DNA of 64,000 nucleotides from the human T2T-CHM13v2.0 reference genome, Homo sapiens: the NCBI RefSeq assembly GCF_009914755.1, contig NC_060925.1; one strand, written 5' to 3'. The position numbers were made by a program, and so were the translations under genes. Each line of letters begins with the position of its first letter. Within the stretch, counting starts at the first letter, position 1. Positions 1 to 14,217 of this stretch are shown here, piece after piece. Under the pieces are notes generated by a model. It ran no database searches. It was not told the origin of the DNA and worked only from the letters and a program-made list of their open reading frames with translations.

Positions 1-844
1 TTGAAAGTAAAAACAAAAATGTGCATTCTTACAACAAACCCTTAGTATTCTAAAATAAACTCTCAAAACTTTATTGACAATCAACAATTAAATCATATAT
101 CTAATAGGATCCTCTTATTTGAACAAGATTGTTTAGAAACATTTTTTAAAAGAGTTTGTTGACAACAACAATATTGAGGAGATGAAAGGGAAAATTCTGT
201 ATGATGTTATAATTTTATAACTATAGGCATTCGCAATATATTCTTTTTGCAGAAATTTGAGTTGATATACTTTGAGATTTCTGACAGACCAAACCATGCC
301 AAGAATCATCTTTTGCTAATAAATCTAGCATGTAGAATTTATATGTTCATAAATATTCATATATCTAAAACACATTTTTTCCAGGAATTATTCAGTGAAA
401 TTTTATTTCCTAAAACATTAATACTAAAATTCTTTCTGAGATGCAGTAAAGAGCTACTTCTAATTTTATAGCAAATAATTCTCATTTAACATATAATTTT
501 AAAAATACTTGTATTGTAGCTCAGAACACAATAATACATATATAGGGTATATTTTATTTAAAAATACAAAAGAAAAACCGTGGTATTTTAGCATTATTTT
601 AAATGTAAATTGATGTGTTTTTGTTAAACACCTTAAATTGAGTAATAACATTGAAAGTGGTTTTCCTTTATTATTTTATTGTTGGTCTATGAGACCAGAT
701 GGGAGGGTTATTGTTTGTTGTGTTTTCAGCTTTTTGGCTATATGATGGAGATTTACATATATATATATAAACATTAATAAATCTTATTATTGTAAGTTTG
801 CAGTGTAGACTCATTTGATAATATAGGGTATAAAAATGATTTTT

Positions 845-1175
<331 letters not shown>

Positions 1176-2579
1176 TCACTCAAAAAAGTCATCATTTTAC
1201 AACAGCAACATTTTGTTTCCAGAATATTATGTATATTCCAAAAAAACAAAACACTGACACAATAACTCTATCTTTATAAATGATAGGAGTGATGTCAGCA
1301 TCAGAGTGAGCAAATTCTGTCTCAATATTCAAGGTCATTTTGGGCTGAGGGAATACGGGCATTAGACAGATTCATTCAGCAAAAATATTTTTGCTTCTCT
1401 GATTCAGGCAAAGATAAGAACTGAAACATGATTATAGTTCAGATCATTTGTATTTTATTCAAATAAACACACCTTTTTCTCCTGAAAATAGGCTAATTTC
1501 AAAAAACAATTTTAGTATAGTTATAGGTAATTTACTCAGTTACTATTGAGTTAATATACACAGGATAACATGTTGATCCTTAGGGATGAATTATATTTCT
1601 CTAGTATGTAGTCTAGACTTACAATGTCTCCCTTCAATTGTCTTCCAAACTAAGTGTTTTTAATCAGAAAATGAACTGTTGACAGTATGTATAGCAATGT
1701 ATTGATGCAAATACATCACTCAAGGGAAAGCAAGTCATGGTAGTGCAAAGGTAGAACCTTGTGATGCTATATACTTAGAAAATAAAGCATATTCATTGTT
1801 ACTGATGTTATCTATGACCTGAAATTTATAGTTTCTAGAACAATATTCCCTCTACTTCGCTCCTATTTTACTAAAGAATATTAATTAGGGACCAAAACAT
1901 CTTCAAATTGTCTGGAAAAAAATTAAAGGTCACAGGTTGTAGATATATAATCTTATTTTCTAAGAATTCAAGGTTAGTTGTATTTGTTATTTGGAAACCC
2001 TTTCTAGGAATGTTTTAATGAAAATGATAGCTATGAAATAAATATTTATGTGAATTAAAAATGTTTAAATTTGACTATCAGTAACTTCCATTCAGTTCAG
2101 AAAACCTACTGTGAACCCACTTATCTTCCCTTTGAGAAGCTGTTTCTTAAATGGATTCATGTTATCCTGTGAACTTCGCTCAGCAGCGTTATAAACATTA
2201 CCCTTAGTTTAAACAGAAAATGCCATTAGAAAAATACTAACAAAAGAGGATGACTCTGGTGGTATTATGTTACATATTTGTGTTAATGGAAAGAAAATTA
2301 AACTGGAAAACAAATACATATAGAAAAAAATCAGTTAAATCAACCATAAAAAGATAAATTTGAAATTTCCCAAATATTTTATGCCATTAGATTGCTTAGA
2401 AATCTTATTCATTAGAAAAGTAGGATTTTTGTTAAAAGAAGTGGGTATGTTCTGATTGACTTTATTTCAAAGTAGTATTATATTCTATGTACTTATATAC
2501 TAAAACTAATATAAAATTTACACTTGTGTGAAATTAGATACATACAAAACTAGCTGCTTTTCCACTTAGAGTGACATTA

Positions 2580-3605
2580 TTTTTTAACAATTTTATTTGG
2601 ATATAACTGATATACAAAGAACAGCACACATTTAATATATACAATTGATGCATTTGGACATATGTAAACATCCATGATACCATCATCACAGTAAAGATAA
2701 TAGACCTATCAACACCTCACAAAGTTTCTTTGTGTCCTCTGTTGTTGTTTTTTCTTTTGTAGTAAGAAAACTTACCATGAGATCTACTCTCTTGACAAAT
2801 TTCAAAGTGCAAAACACCACATTTCTAACTATAGGCACTATGTTTAGAGTAGATCTCTAGAGCTTTTTCTTCACGTATAACTGTCAATGTATAATCATTG
2901 AACAACTTCCCACTTCCCCCACTGCACAGCACCTGTCAGCCACTATTGTATTCTCTGCTTCTGTATTCAAGCTTCTGTGAGTTTGACTATTATATAAGAC
3001 TTACCTACCTGGATTGCAGTATTTGTCCTTCTGTGACTGGTGTATTTCACTTAGTATAATGTCCCTCAAGTCATTCACGTTGTCACATTTGGCAGGTTAT
3101 CATTTTTAAGGCTGAAAAATAGTCCATTGTATATGTATACCATCGTTTCTTTATCCATTCATCTGTTGATGGGCATTTAGGTTGATTTCATATCTTGGCT
3201 ATTGTGAATAATGCTTCAATAAACATGATAGTGTAAATATGGCTTCAAGATATTGATTCCAATTATTTTGGATATATACTTAAAAATGGGATTGCTGAAT
3301 CATATAGAAGTTACGTTTTTAATTCTTTGAGGAGCCTTCACACTGTTTTCCATAGTTGCTGCACAATTTTACATTGTCACTAACAGTGTACAGGGTTCCA
3401 ATTTCTCCACATTCTCACTAACATTTTTTAAAATAAATTAATGGCTCTCCTGACAGGTGTGAGGTGACTTATTTTGTAGTTTGATTTGCACTTCCTGAAT
3501 CATTAGTGATGTTGAGTATCTTTTTATGTACCTGCTGGCCATTTATATGTCTTCTTTGCACTTTGCAGAAATATCTATTCAAGTTCCTTGTGTTATTTTC
3601 ATTGC
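2580..3605 (-). mobile_element. Old L1MA-type LINE, 3'UTR and ORF2 end (first piece of an element spanning 2580-6295)
   Basis: T-rich tail, then L1M 3' motifs (TATTTCACTTAGTATAATG, CTATTGTGAATAATGCT, ACTGTTTTCCATAGTTGCTG). Confidence 0.85.
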
Positions 3606-3819
<214 letters not shown>

Positions 3820-3896
3820 TTAATCTATTTTGAATTGGTTTTGTGTATGGTGTAAAATAAGGGTCCAATTTCATTTGTTTGCATGTAGATACCTCA
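3820..3896 (-). mobile_element. L1MA ORF2 piece (host continuation)
   Basis: TTAATCTATTTTGAATTGG...GGGTCCAATTTCATT...GCATGTAGATACC matches antisense L1M ORF2. Confidence 0.75.
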
Positions 3897-5040
3897 TTTT
3901 TTTATTATACTTTAAGTTCTGGGATACATGTGCAGAACCTGCAGGTTTGTTACATAGGTATACATGGGCCATGGTGGTTTGCTGCACATATCAACCCATC
4001 ATGTACATTAGGTATTTCTACTAATGCTATCCCTTTTCAGCCCCCAACCTGCTGACAGGCCCCGGTGCATGATGTTCCCCTCCTTGTGTCCATGTGTTCT
4101 TATTGTTCAAATCCCACTTATGAGTGAGAACATGTGGTGTTTGATTTTCTGTTTCTGTGTTAGTTTGCTGAGAATGACGGTTTCCAACTTCATCCCAGTC
4201 CCTGCAAAGGACATGAACTCATCATTTTTATGGCTGCATAGTATTCCATGGTGTATATGTGCCACATTTTCTTTATCCAGTCTATCATTGATGGGCATTT
4301 GGGTTGTTTCCAAGTCTTTGCGATTGTGAATAGTGCTGCAATAAACATACTTGTCCATTTGTATTTATAGTAGGATGATTTATAATCCTTTGGGTATGTG
4401 CTCAGTAATGGGATTTTGCTGGGTCTAATGGTATTTCTGGTTCAAGATCCCTGAGGAATCGCCGCACTGTCTTCCACAATGGTTGAACTAATTTACACTC
4501 CCACCAACAGTGTAAAAGCGTTCCTATTTCTCCACAGCCTCTCCAGCATCTGTTGTTTCCTGACTTTTAATTATTGCCATTCGAACTGGCATGAGATGGT
4601 ATCTCATTTTGGTTTTGATTTGCATTGCTCTAATAACCAGTGATGATGAGCTTTTTTTTTTTTCATGTTTTTTGGCTGCATAAATGTCTTCTTTTGAAAA
4701 GTGTCTTTCCATAGTCTTCACCCACTTTTTGATTTTTTTTTCCTTGTAAATTTGTTTAAGTTCCTTTTAGATTCTGGATATTAGCCCTTTGTCAGATGAA
4801 TAGATTGCAAAAATTTTCTCCCATTCTGTAGGTTGCCTGTTCACTCTGATGATAATTTCTTTTGCTGTGCAGAAGCTCTTTAGTTTAATTAGATCCCATT
4901 TGTCAATTTTGGCTTTTGTTGCAATTGCTTTTGGTGTTTTAGTCATAAAGTCTTTGCCCGTGCCTATGTCCTGAATGGTATTGCCTAGGTTTTCTTCTAG
5001 GGCTTTTATGATTTTTAGGTCTTAGGTTTAAGTCTTTAAC
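3897..5040 (-). mobile_element. L1PA7/8-like LINE, 3' segment of about 1.1 kb
   Basis: TTATTATACTTTAAGTTCTGGGATACATGTGCAGAA 3' end; ORF2 C-terminal peptides (ORFs 4107-4358 and 4524-4721). Confidence 0.92.
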
Positions 5041-5194
5041 CTGAAAACCAACAAACAGAAAGGAATAACATCAACATCATCAAAAAGGACATTCACACAA
5101 AAACCCCACCTGAAGGTCACCAGCATCAAAGACCAAAGGTAGATAAATCCATGAACATGAGGGAAAACCCACGCAAAAAGGCTGAAAACTCCAT
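5041..5194 (+). mobile_element. Inverted L1PA8-like fragment covering the 5'UTR end and ORF1 start
   Basis: AACAAACAGAAAGGAATAACATCAACATC...CAAAGACCAAAGGTAGATAAATCC...ATGAGGGAAAACC (ORF1 ATG at 5157); lies inside TSD GATACCTCATTTT (3888-3900) / GATACCTGATATT (5195-5207). Confidence 0.85.
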
Positions 5195-5878
5195 GATACC
5201 TGATATTCTTCATGCCATTTGTTGAAGAGAGTATCCATTCCCTACTGTGTATTCTTGGCATCTGTGTCACAGGTCACTTGTCCATATATATGGGTTTATT
5301 TCTGGGCTCTCCATTCTGTTCTGTTTGTTTATATGTTTGTCTTTATGCTTGTACCATACTGTTTTATTACTGTAGCTCTATAATATATTTTGAAATCAGG
5401 AAGTGTGATACCTTCAGCTTTGTTCCTCTGTCTCAAGATTTCTGTGGGTGTTTTGGATCTTTTGTAGTTCCATATGAATTTCAAATTGCTTTTATATTTT
5501 AAAAAATGCCATTGGGAATTTGATGGCAATAAATTTAAATCTGTAGATTACTTTGTTTAGTGTGGATACCCGATCAATATTGTCATTCAATCCATGAACA
5601 CAGAGGAAGTTTTTTATTTATTTGTGTCTTTAATTTTTTTCATCAATGTTTTATAGTTATCAAGAAGCAAGTATTTCACTTTCTTGGTCACGTTTATTAC
5701 CAAGCATTTTATTCTTTCTGACGCCATTGTACATGGGATTGTTTTCTTAATTTCCTTTTCAGATGCTTTACTTTTAGTGAATAGAAATGCAGTGGATTTG
5801 TGTACATTGATTTGGTATCCTGAAACCTTACTGAATTTGTTTATTTGTTCTAAGTTTTTATTTGAGGAACCTTTAGGG
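5195..5878 (-). mobile_element. L1MA ORF2 (host continuation)
   Basis: Degenerate ORF2 peptides ([34 protein letters not shown]) on the minus strand. Confidence 0.85.
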
Positions 5879-6295
5879 TGGTTCAACGTCATATACAAAT
5901 TAGCAAATGCAATATACCACATTAATAGAATGAAGGATAAAAATAACAAGATAATGTAAATAAATACAAAAAAAGTATTTGACAAAATTCAATACCTTTT
6001 CATGATAAAAACACACAACAGCTAGGTTTAGAAAGCAAGTACATCAACATAATAAAGTTCATGTATGACAAGCCCACAATAAACATCATCCTCAATGGAG
6101 AAAATGTGAAAGCTTTTCCTATAAGATGAGGAATAAGATGAGGATGCTTACCTTCACCTCTTCTGTTCAGCATAGTACTGCAGAAGCCCTAGGAAGAGCA
6201 ATTAGGCAAGAAAAATAAATGAAAGGCATAAAAACCAGAAAGGATGAGATAACATTTTCTCTGTTTATAGAATACATGAGGCTATATGTAAAAAA
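5879..6295 (+). mobile_element. Inverted 5' segment of the L1MA (ORF2 RT region)
   Basis: Sense L1 RT sequence TGGTTCAAC...TTTGACAAAATTCAA...AGCAATTAGGCAAGAAAA...; it ends where the minus segment begins in L1 coordinates. Confidence 0.8.
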
Positions 6296-6306
6296 GATTG
6301 TGATTT

Positions 6307-6657
<351 letters not shown>

Positions 6658-6689
6658 CTACTCATTATACCAGAAAGCACTGAATTTTG

Positions 6690-7420
6690 ATTTATTCATT
6701 AAATCTTTCTTTTATTTGTATAGGAGGTATTTATCTCCAACTATCTGTGCTGGACTCTGTGGCAGGCAAGGAAGATGCAGAGGCTCATGGATGAATATAA
6801 GAAATATGTAACCTCAAGGGTCTTCCATCTTTTTCAAAGAATTGGACATATAGATAAATAAAAACATAATACACATTACTAAATACAACCCTGGAAATGT
6901 TATTCATATGGTTTAATCTGAGAGGAGGGTCATTTAATTGATCTGTGACCACCAAGAAAAGCTTACTAATAGAGGTATGGCTTGAGAGGACTAGTAGAAC
7001 TTATTCCACAAGAGGGCACACCTTGTGAAAGTTATGGAGTGTGGAAAAACATGTAGTGAGAACAGCAGCCAATATGAGGTTGCTCAAGTGGGATCTGGGA
7101 ATGGTGGGAAGTGAGAACAGGCTGAAATGTGGTCAGGGAGAGGTGTCTTTTATGACACACTAAGGATCAGGAACTGTAGACTATAAACTGATAGAGCCTG
7201 TTTTTTTATGCCTCAAGCAAAATGTCAGGTAAAATTCAAAACTTCTGACACAATTTCATGCAACATAGAGACTATGAAAATTGCTGAAGGATTTTAAAAC
7301 GAGTGACATGGGTCAATCAGCTATTCAGAAAGATCACTCTGGAAGTTATCATGAAGGATAGCTTGAGGAAAGTAAGACAAAAGGCAGAAGGACTAGAGTC
7401 TGTTGGCATTCCCTAGAAAT
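6690..7420 (-). mobile_element. L2 LINE remnant
   Basis: TTCATT-type L2 tail and purine-rich antisense L2 motifs (GAAAGATCACTCTGG, GGGATTTTAA..GAGTGACATG). Confidence 0.5.
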
Positions 7421-7469
7421 ATAGATCTTAGCCATGAAAGTGTTACAGACTCTTCATATTACTGCAATT

Positions 7470-7586
7470 ATTATTAATAGCTACATTTATGTATGTTCAG
7501 TATGTTAGGCACTGTGTTAATAGGTTAATATATTATCTCATAATAATGCCAAGAGCAAACCTATGAAGATTATATTAATATTCACC
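7470..7586 (-). mobile_element. MIR fragment
   Basis: AATAGCTACATTTAT...TATGTTAGGCACTGTG...ATTATCTCAT..AAT...AACCTATGA. Confidence 0.6.
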
Positions 7587-8230
7587 GTGTTAGTCCAGAC
7601 TCTTAGCAAAGCAGACACCAAGAAAGGGCCATATCTGCAAAGATTTTTCACTCCTACCACAAGCAAAATGCTTGTGTAAGAGAAAATAGGGAGGGCTCCA
7701 GAGGAGGATGAGAAAGACCATGATGTAAGATTAATCCAGAGGGAAGTAAAGGGGAGGGAAGGATGGGTGGCAGTGACTTAGATGGCAGTGGAGTCTAATG
7801 AAGCTTTGTCAAGGACAGCAGGGAGTTTGGCCCAAAGTCAGCAGTTGTAAGTGTCCCTTCTATCCCAAGAACAAGACTCACTCAATATTTCTGCCCTGCT
7901 TTGATACCTGCTGGGAGCAGCCCCCAGGAAGCATGGCCTCAGAGATAATGTGGCAATGGGTTTTAGAGCATGGTGTCTAGAGCCCTTCTTCAGCTATACA
8001 TTCCCTACTTGGAGGCCTGTGAGAATCATTCTCTTAGCAAGAACCAGCTATATAATATGTGGAGCCTAGTGCAGAATGACAATGTGAAACCCTTTGTTAA
8101 AAATTTTTAAATATTTCAATATGACAACGACAGAGCATTAAACTGAGTGTGGGCCCTCCTAAGCACATGGCTGTGTGTGGCTGCACAGGGTGGCATACCC
8201 ATGAAGTCAGCACTGCTCATAGCTACCACA
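7587..8230 (-). mobile_element. ERVL-type solo LTR (LTR16-like), interrupted by MER45A
   Basis: TG...AAGCAGACACCAAGA start and CATAGCTACCACA end; resembles antisense LTR16 family. Confidence 0.5.
8039..8215 (-). mobile_element. MER45A hAT-Tip100 non-autonomous DNA transposon, complete
   Basis: About 177 bp colinear with the MER45A consensus; 8-bp TSD CTCTTAGC (8031-8038) / CTCATAGC (8216-8223). Confidence 0.85.
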
Positions 8231-8764
8231 GCCTAAATGAGAAACAAATGTTAAACTCTCAACATTGAAAAGCTAAGAAACTGTTGTCATTTTACAAATG
8301 CAAGTATTTGCACATTGAAATACCATTTTCCTGCACTTATTTTAAGAATAGTTTTTAAAAGGTGGGCTAAGTTGAAAAGACTTGAACAGTTGAAATTGAT
8401 TGAACTTGGTGTATTATTTTTGTACAGGTTGAGGGATTTTTTTATGTGTGCATGAAGGATGTGAGAGGAGATTCTTGCTGAACATAAATTGGTACCTACA
8501 GCAGAGATAGATAATTCAGGAAAAGAAACAGGTTGGAGGCATGGATCCTGAGAATACTTTTGGACATGCTGATTTTGAAGTGCATTGGGACGTCTAACTC
8601 AAGATCTGAAGGACACAGCTGGGTGCATGAGTCAGAAGTTTGGGTGAGAGGCCTGGGCAGAAATGAAAAATGTGTACAATCAGCACATTACCAGTTTATT
8701 GACCCATCTGAAATAAGTGATGTACAAATCCAAAATGGTTTTATTTTTATCCAATTATTTCCTT

Positions 8765-9068
8765 TGAGAAAGAAAAGCAGCCCCTCAGCTGTCAGCTGAG
8801 AGCTGACCTTGCACTAACAGCTAGGCCATGGTATTCTCCTGACAAACTAAACCATTTCACAGAACACCAATATCAGACAAGGTCATTCTGTGACAATGAT
8901 GGAGTGAGCTAAAAACAAGCCCCCTCCATAATCGTGACTGAGCACAGACAGATAAAACACCGTCCATACTACAAAAATGGCCAAACATCCCCATCTCCAG
9001 ACTAGCATGAGTTCCTGCTTCTCTGTTATTGATTACAACTTTTGCCCTGCTTTGTGTTCTCTGCCTCC
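8765..9068 (+). mobile_element. ERV1-class LTR fragment (MER67-like)
   Basis: TGAGAAAGAAAAGCAGCCCC...CAGACAAGGTCATTCTGTGACAATGATGGA...AAAATGGCCAAACATCCC. Confidence 0.5.
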
Positions 9069-9225
9069 TTTTTGTTTTCTTTTCTTCTTCTCTTTTTTTT
9101 TAAAAGAGACACAGACTTGCTCTGTCATCCAGGATGGAGTGCACAATAGTGGCATGATCATAGTTCACTACAGCCTGCAGCCTAAGCAATCTTCCTGCCT
9201 CAGCCTCCCAAGTAGCTAGGACTGT
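9069..9225 (-). mobile_element. Partial old Alu (AluJ right arm or FRAM-like)
   Basis: T-rich tail, GAGACACAGACTTGCTCTGTCATCCAGG...CCTCAGCCTCCCAAGTAGCTAGGACT. Confidence 0.75.
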
Positions 9226-12200
9226 AGCTCTCTGCTACATGTCTCTGACTTCTCCTCTGCCTGTCTCTGACTTCTCCTGTAGCAGCTAGAGAAAAAATTC
9301 TGCTTACAAGGAGTTCATTTGACTAGATCAGGTCCACTCAGGTTAATCTTCATTTTGCCATATATTTAACCACGGACATGATGTCTTATGTCTACAGGTT
9401 CCATCCAAACCCAATGGGATTACACAGATTATTTATATCAAGAGAAAATAATCTTAAGGCCAGTTCAGAATCCATAATGAGCTTTTTCATTCTTAAAGGA
9501 GTACCTTGGCCCTAAAGCATTGATGCTTTCTTTATGATATGAAATAGTTGAATCTAGATTCATATCTTACTTAGCAGATTCATAACGGGAAATGTCCCTT
9601 CACGGTTTTTTAAAGGCACTAAAGTGCTTAAAAATCAGTAAGAGAGATTACCTCACATTTGAAGAGTAAAGAGAAAGAAACATTAATCCACAACATCAGC
9701 AGATATTTAAGGGATGGTGAAGGTAGTGAAGTAAATAGAGGATAGTCAGAGAATTTGAAGACGGGTAGAGGATGGTTCTCTGTCATGTTCAAGGAAATCA
9801 AAGGAACAAAAGGTTTTAAGGTAGAAAATCTTTACAACACAGTCAAATGAAGGAAAAAGTTTGGATTTTTAGAAGAACCATTATCTTTGTCCGTGAGTTA
9901 ACAGAGTGATAAGTACGATCGTGTGATGGAGGCAAGATATATTTTAAAAAGAGGAAGCAGGGACAAATCTGTACATTGACTATTTGAATGAGGATGTGGT
10001 AGGAGATAATGGAAAACAAGATCAAAATATTTTGTATGGTTTTGTATTAAACTTTGCTGCTTATTCCTTTTTAGTATGAGAAAGACTTGAGATTATAGCC
10101 ATTGGGAAAGGAGCCAGTAAATAATTAATAGGTTTGAAAATCCACAAGAGGAAGGGTATAATTAATACAGTAGGAATCTACAAGAAAAAAGGAAAGATAG
10201 AATGAAGGATGACAGTGTAAATAAAACTCATCCTGGGATTCTTGCAGAAAGGGCAAAAGGATGGCTGGAAAAATACAAAGAAATACATCTTTAAAGTGAG
10301 TGGACAGGATATTGAAGGAGAAAGTACTCTAGTACTTTTAGTTTGCTAAATGAAACAAATTCAAAGATGCAACACCATTAATTGGGAGCAAGAGTTCCAG
10401 GCAATGAGTAAGAAACCTTATTAACCTAATCAGGGGGTTAATAAAATGCATTGAAATCATGAGATGATAAAAGCTAAATTAAAGAAGTGGTAGATGGGAC
10501 CAACATACAGCTGGGATTAGGGATCAAAGATTTTATTGGCATCAGTTTACACACTTATGTAATGTTCCAAAGGAACAGTTGATCAAATTATATATATTAA
10601 AGAATGCAGTCTAACTGTAGTTTTGAGAAAGTGTTTATGCTTTGCTAGCACGTGTAGGATTTTAGAGAGTAGGGTTACAGAGAACAGAAATCCCTATCTG
10701 TTTACTCTTTATTGTGTGAACAATGTAAAGCAAGGAAAGAAAAAGAGTCAAGGCTAGGACTGCTCACGGATAGAAGATACAAAGTTAGAAAAATTGGGCA
10801 AAAGTCAGGTGTGAAGAGACAACCTTGAATTTATCAAAGATGAGAACATTATTTACTTTTGTAGTAGTTTTTGTTAAGAAATTTTATGTAGAGTTTTGTT
10901 TATGTTATATTTGATCCATACCATGTTTTTATTTTTAACTAAATAGCAATCTAGTTTCTTTCCTAATATGACTATAAAATCTGAAGAATTACTAAATAGT
11001 CATTAAAATGTTCCCAAGGAACTGAGATAATGTGTAATTATCTATGCTTATGTGACCTTGAATATGAAGAAGCAGTTTTAAAAAATGCAAGGATAATAGT
11101 GTTTCTTTGCCAAATGAATAATTAAGAATTTTTAAAAATGCCATTTTGTAGAAATGAAGTGCTGGTTCATAATATCAGTTTCTTCTTTGAATGGTCAATC
11201 TGGGGGGGGCTTTGAGAAAGGGAGGAGCCAGAGAGTGTGAATAAATTAGCAAGCTTCCAAAATCATTAAATGCTGCCTTTTCTTTATACAATGGCTTTCA
11301 TACATTCTAAACCTGTATTTTAGGTAGGGTCATCCTTACAATTTTAGTGGAAACTCATAAAAATAGTGTATTTAGAAAATAGACACTGCAGTTAAAAAAA
11401 GAATATTAAAATATATTACAAATAACAAATTCTGATCCCAATTGGATAGTAGCACATTGAGAAAGCACGTTAACTCGTGGTATTGAAGAACAGTTTCATG
11501 GAAATTCCTAATGAAAAGCAAAATGGCTACATTTTATCTGGACTGTGGGGGCTTCATAAATGATAGTTATTTTGTAGTTCAGTGAACTGATGTCAAAGGA
11601 CAACAGCAAATAAATTAAATGAAACAAAATCAAAATAAGATAATCTGGTTTCCAGAATATAAGCATCTATTGCTAATATGAAAGGAAGCATCTCTTATTC
11701 AAAAGCACATCAGTTTAATTTCACATGCTTGTTTTCTTTTCTAAACCAAGATGCACTTAACTTACTCTTCCACAATGAAAGCATATTTTGTTTGCAGTTA
11801 TAGCAACCTCTATATTTTTATGCTGATATCACAAATTTTCAAATAAAATATGATTTTTTCCAGCATCCTACATTTTATGGATGCATAATCTTTGTTCGAA
11901 GTTAAATCCAACTGACAGATTTACATTATATTTAATGGAATGTACAATGTTGACTTTTGAATTCAAAAATAAATGTACATAAATATTCCCTTCTTTCCTA
12001 AATATGTTTATTTAGTGATAACAGAAACTTTCTCAAGAATGGAATCAACACAGCAAACAACTGAAACAAATCTGTTACAAGATTCTGTTTTCTAGCACAA
12101 TTATTACAGGGGCTTTTACTAAAAAAAGTGCATATTAATTTATTTTCTTGGCACAACATTATATTATAAAATGACTAGATTTTTAACATGCATGTTAAAG

Positions 12201-14217
12201 AACCAAACTGTATAAAAGGTTTACAACATTATAATTAAGTGAAAAACTCTAGTGCCTCATCCCGTCTGTAATTCAACTCGAGTTAATTTTTTTACCCATT
12301 TTTGATTTTGGTACTCCTGATAACACCATGATAAGAAATTTGAAGCTTATCCCTCTTTTTTATTTGTAGTTTTTAGAGTCTCCTAATCTCCTTATGAAAG
12401 ATAACATTTTTCTCACTCACAACATCTCAACTTCTACCCATTACCAAACAACTCACACAAATCCTTTAACTGGTTGCCATCAACCAGTTGCCATTGTGAT
12501 ATTAGTAGTCCTTCAATAACAATAATGTTTTTTAAATTATGACTTAATGTTATTAAATATAAAATATTTCATATAATGAACAAAGAAATCGGAATAATAG
12601 AAAAAACATCCATTGATTTACAATTCACCTTTGAAAAATAATGCATAATAATATTCCTCCTCCCTCTAGAGAATAACACAATTAAGATATTTTGGAATTT
12701 ACAATTATTATAGACCTCTATGTACATTTACTATATAAATTTAGTGAATATTAATACCTTTAATGTCTACAGTAGTTATCAAACTTTTCTTTATTTATTG
12801 GCATTTTTTAGACCTTGCTGAAGTTTGAGGAAAACATATGAAACATGCTATTTCAATTTTTCCTCAAGCTTTATTTCTATTTACTTTATTTCTACACTTG
12901 TATTTCGTGAATATGTTTACAGAGCATCCATGACATTTTCCCATTTGTGGCATGTTATATTAATAGCCAAAATTATGAAAAATGGGACATTTCTTATTTA
13001 TTTTCATATATTAGAAAAGTCAGAATTTCAGAAGTTATAGAACTTCCACAAGTCTCATAATTAATAAATTGTACAATTGGGACTTGTGCTTAGATTTTTC
13101 TGCTTGAAATCTCTTGCACTTAACCAACGTACTGCTGTTTCTTATTAGATTATAGTTATTTATGTATTAGTCTATAGCTTACTGTGTCTTTTAAGGAAGA
13201 CTGATATTTCATACAATCTTATATTCCTGTGCTGAATATTGCCTGGTTTGAATAGGTATTTCATAAATGTTACTTCCTTCCATCTGCTATTCACATAAAT
13301 GAATGACCTTCTCATGCTTTATGTTCAAAGGCTGAAGAAACGAATAATGCTATTAATCAGAATAGGACAGTCAGGTCACTCAAGAGTCCAACATCACTTG
13401 ATAATAGATGTAGAATGTGTTGTCTGATTTGAGTTGGCAGACACTATACATCTTAACAGAGTCTAACTCTTTGGAATGGGAGGAAAAACTGTACAGCCAT
13501 TTTTAAGACATATTTTACAAATTTCAGGTATGAAACATAAGAATTAGTCTTTAAAAATTATTTTATCCAAAAGAAAATAAACAAACATTTACTATATAGA
13601 ACCAAACCATAAGCTATTTCTATATGATAAAAACATCAGTCAGAATATGAAACACTGCATTTATAATAAGAGTCGAATTATTCGACCAAAAGCCAGACAG
13701 GGAAAGACTTGGAACTATATCTTTTAGAATAGAGACTAATCAAGAGTGAGAGACTGCTTAAAAACATTTAGAGTCTTCACCCAGAAAAGTAACTGAGAAA
13801 CTTAACTGTGTGAGATGAAAAGAAGGATGAAAAGAATTATGTAAAAATAGATGGATACCGAATGGATATTATCTAAGTACTTTTAACTAATACATAATGT
13901 TAAAAATATTTATTTTATGTAAATATAGAGTTTAATTTTATTTATACAATTTTACTGAAAATGTGGAAGGCCATTATGAAATAATAATGACTATAAAATA
14001 TTATTTAAATTAATTGTACTTTAATAATGTAGATGTTAGAAAGGTTATATAACTTTCCCAATTTGCCCAAATGTTAAATGGTGGATCAAGGATTTAAACA
14101 CTGAAATTTGACCCTAAAACCTGGGCTCATAATTACCAGATTAATTACTACAAGTCTTTCTCTGTATAGCCATTTTTAAAAAAATTTGGTCAAACATCTA
14201 ATTATGTACACAGTGCA

